A stretch of DNA of 64,000 bases from a virus. The stretch lies in the IMG/VR virus record IMGVR_UViG_3300036900_000025, positions 14,955 through 78,954 of that record. One strand, 5' to 3'. Positions 63,990 through 64,000 of this stretch are shown piece by piece (position 1 is the stretch's first letter; every line of letters starts with the position of its first letter). Under the pieces are notes generated by a model, which searched no databases, was not told the DNA's origin, and saw nothing but the letters and a program-made list of their open reading frames with translations. Made by a program: the position numbers and the translations under genes.

Positions 63990-64000
63990 GATCTCTTACC

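Noticed and set aside
1-64000. tRNA, tmRNA, rRNA, introns, inteins, reverse transcriptase/DGR
   Set aside because: No T-arm or cloverleaf in intergenic gaps, no intein motifs in the terminase or helicase, and no RT motifs seen by eye.

Overview
Most of a GC-rich, tailed dsDNA phage genome, probably a siphovirus of an actinobacterial host (WhiB, an actinophage-type endolysin, leaderless sigma-A promoters). The window starts inside a leftward CHC2 zinc-finger primase/helicase gene, next to an AEP primase-polymerase. A divergent promoter region drives a rightward virion operon (1.8-28.8 kb): TGT-fold/TerS-like protein, terminase, portal, ClpP-type protease-scaffold, decoration protein, major capsid, neck and tail genes, frameshifted tail chaperones, tape measure with an M23 domain, minor tail proteins and lysis genes. 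A short leftward island (Cas4/RecB-like nuclease, WhiB, acidic protein) separates this from a second rightward structural module (30.7-36.0 kb) that looks like a fibre-assembly cassette. The remainder (36-64 kb) is a leftward early/middle region: MazG, DNA methylase, RusA, two NDT-fold proteins, beta clamp, oligoribonuclease, SNF2 helicase, SSB-like protein, tyrosine recombinase, Sm-fold-like protein, VWA and MoxR AAA proteins, and many small ORFs. The most notable observations are: (1) WhiB appears reachable only through a -1 frameshift (CCCAAAA plus a hairpin) from an acidic upstream ORF; (2) a 6C-like RNA with twin C-rich loops inside a terminator stem; (3) a fibre module in which 21 repeats of 20 aa may template a small subunit; (4) a ~210-nt pseudoknotted non-coding region near an Hfq/Sm-like gene; (5) a TGT/DpdA-like fold at the small-terminase position. 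All calls come from motif recognition by eye; no searches were run.
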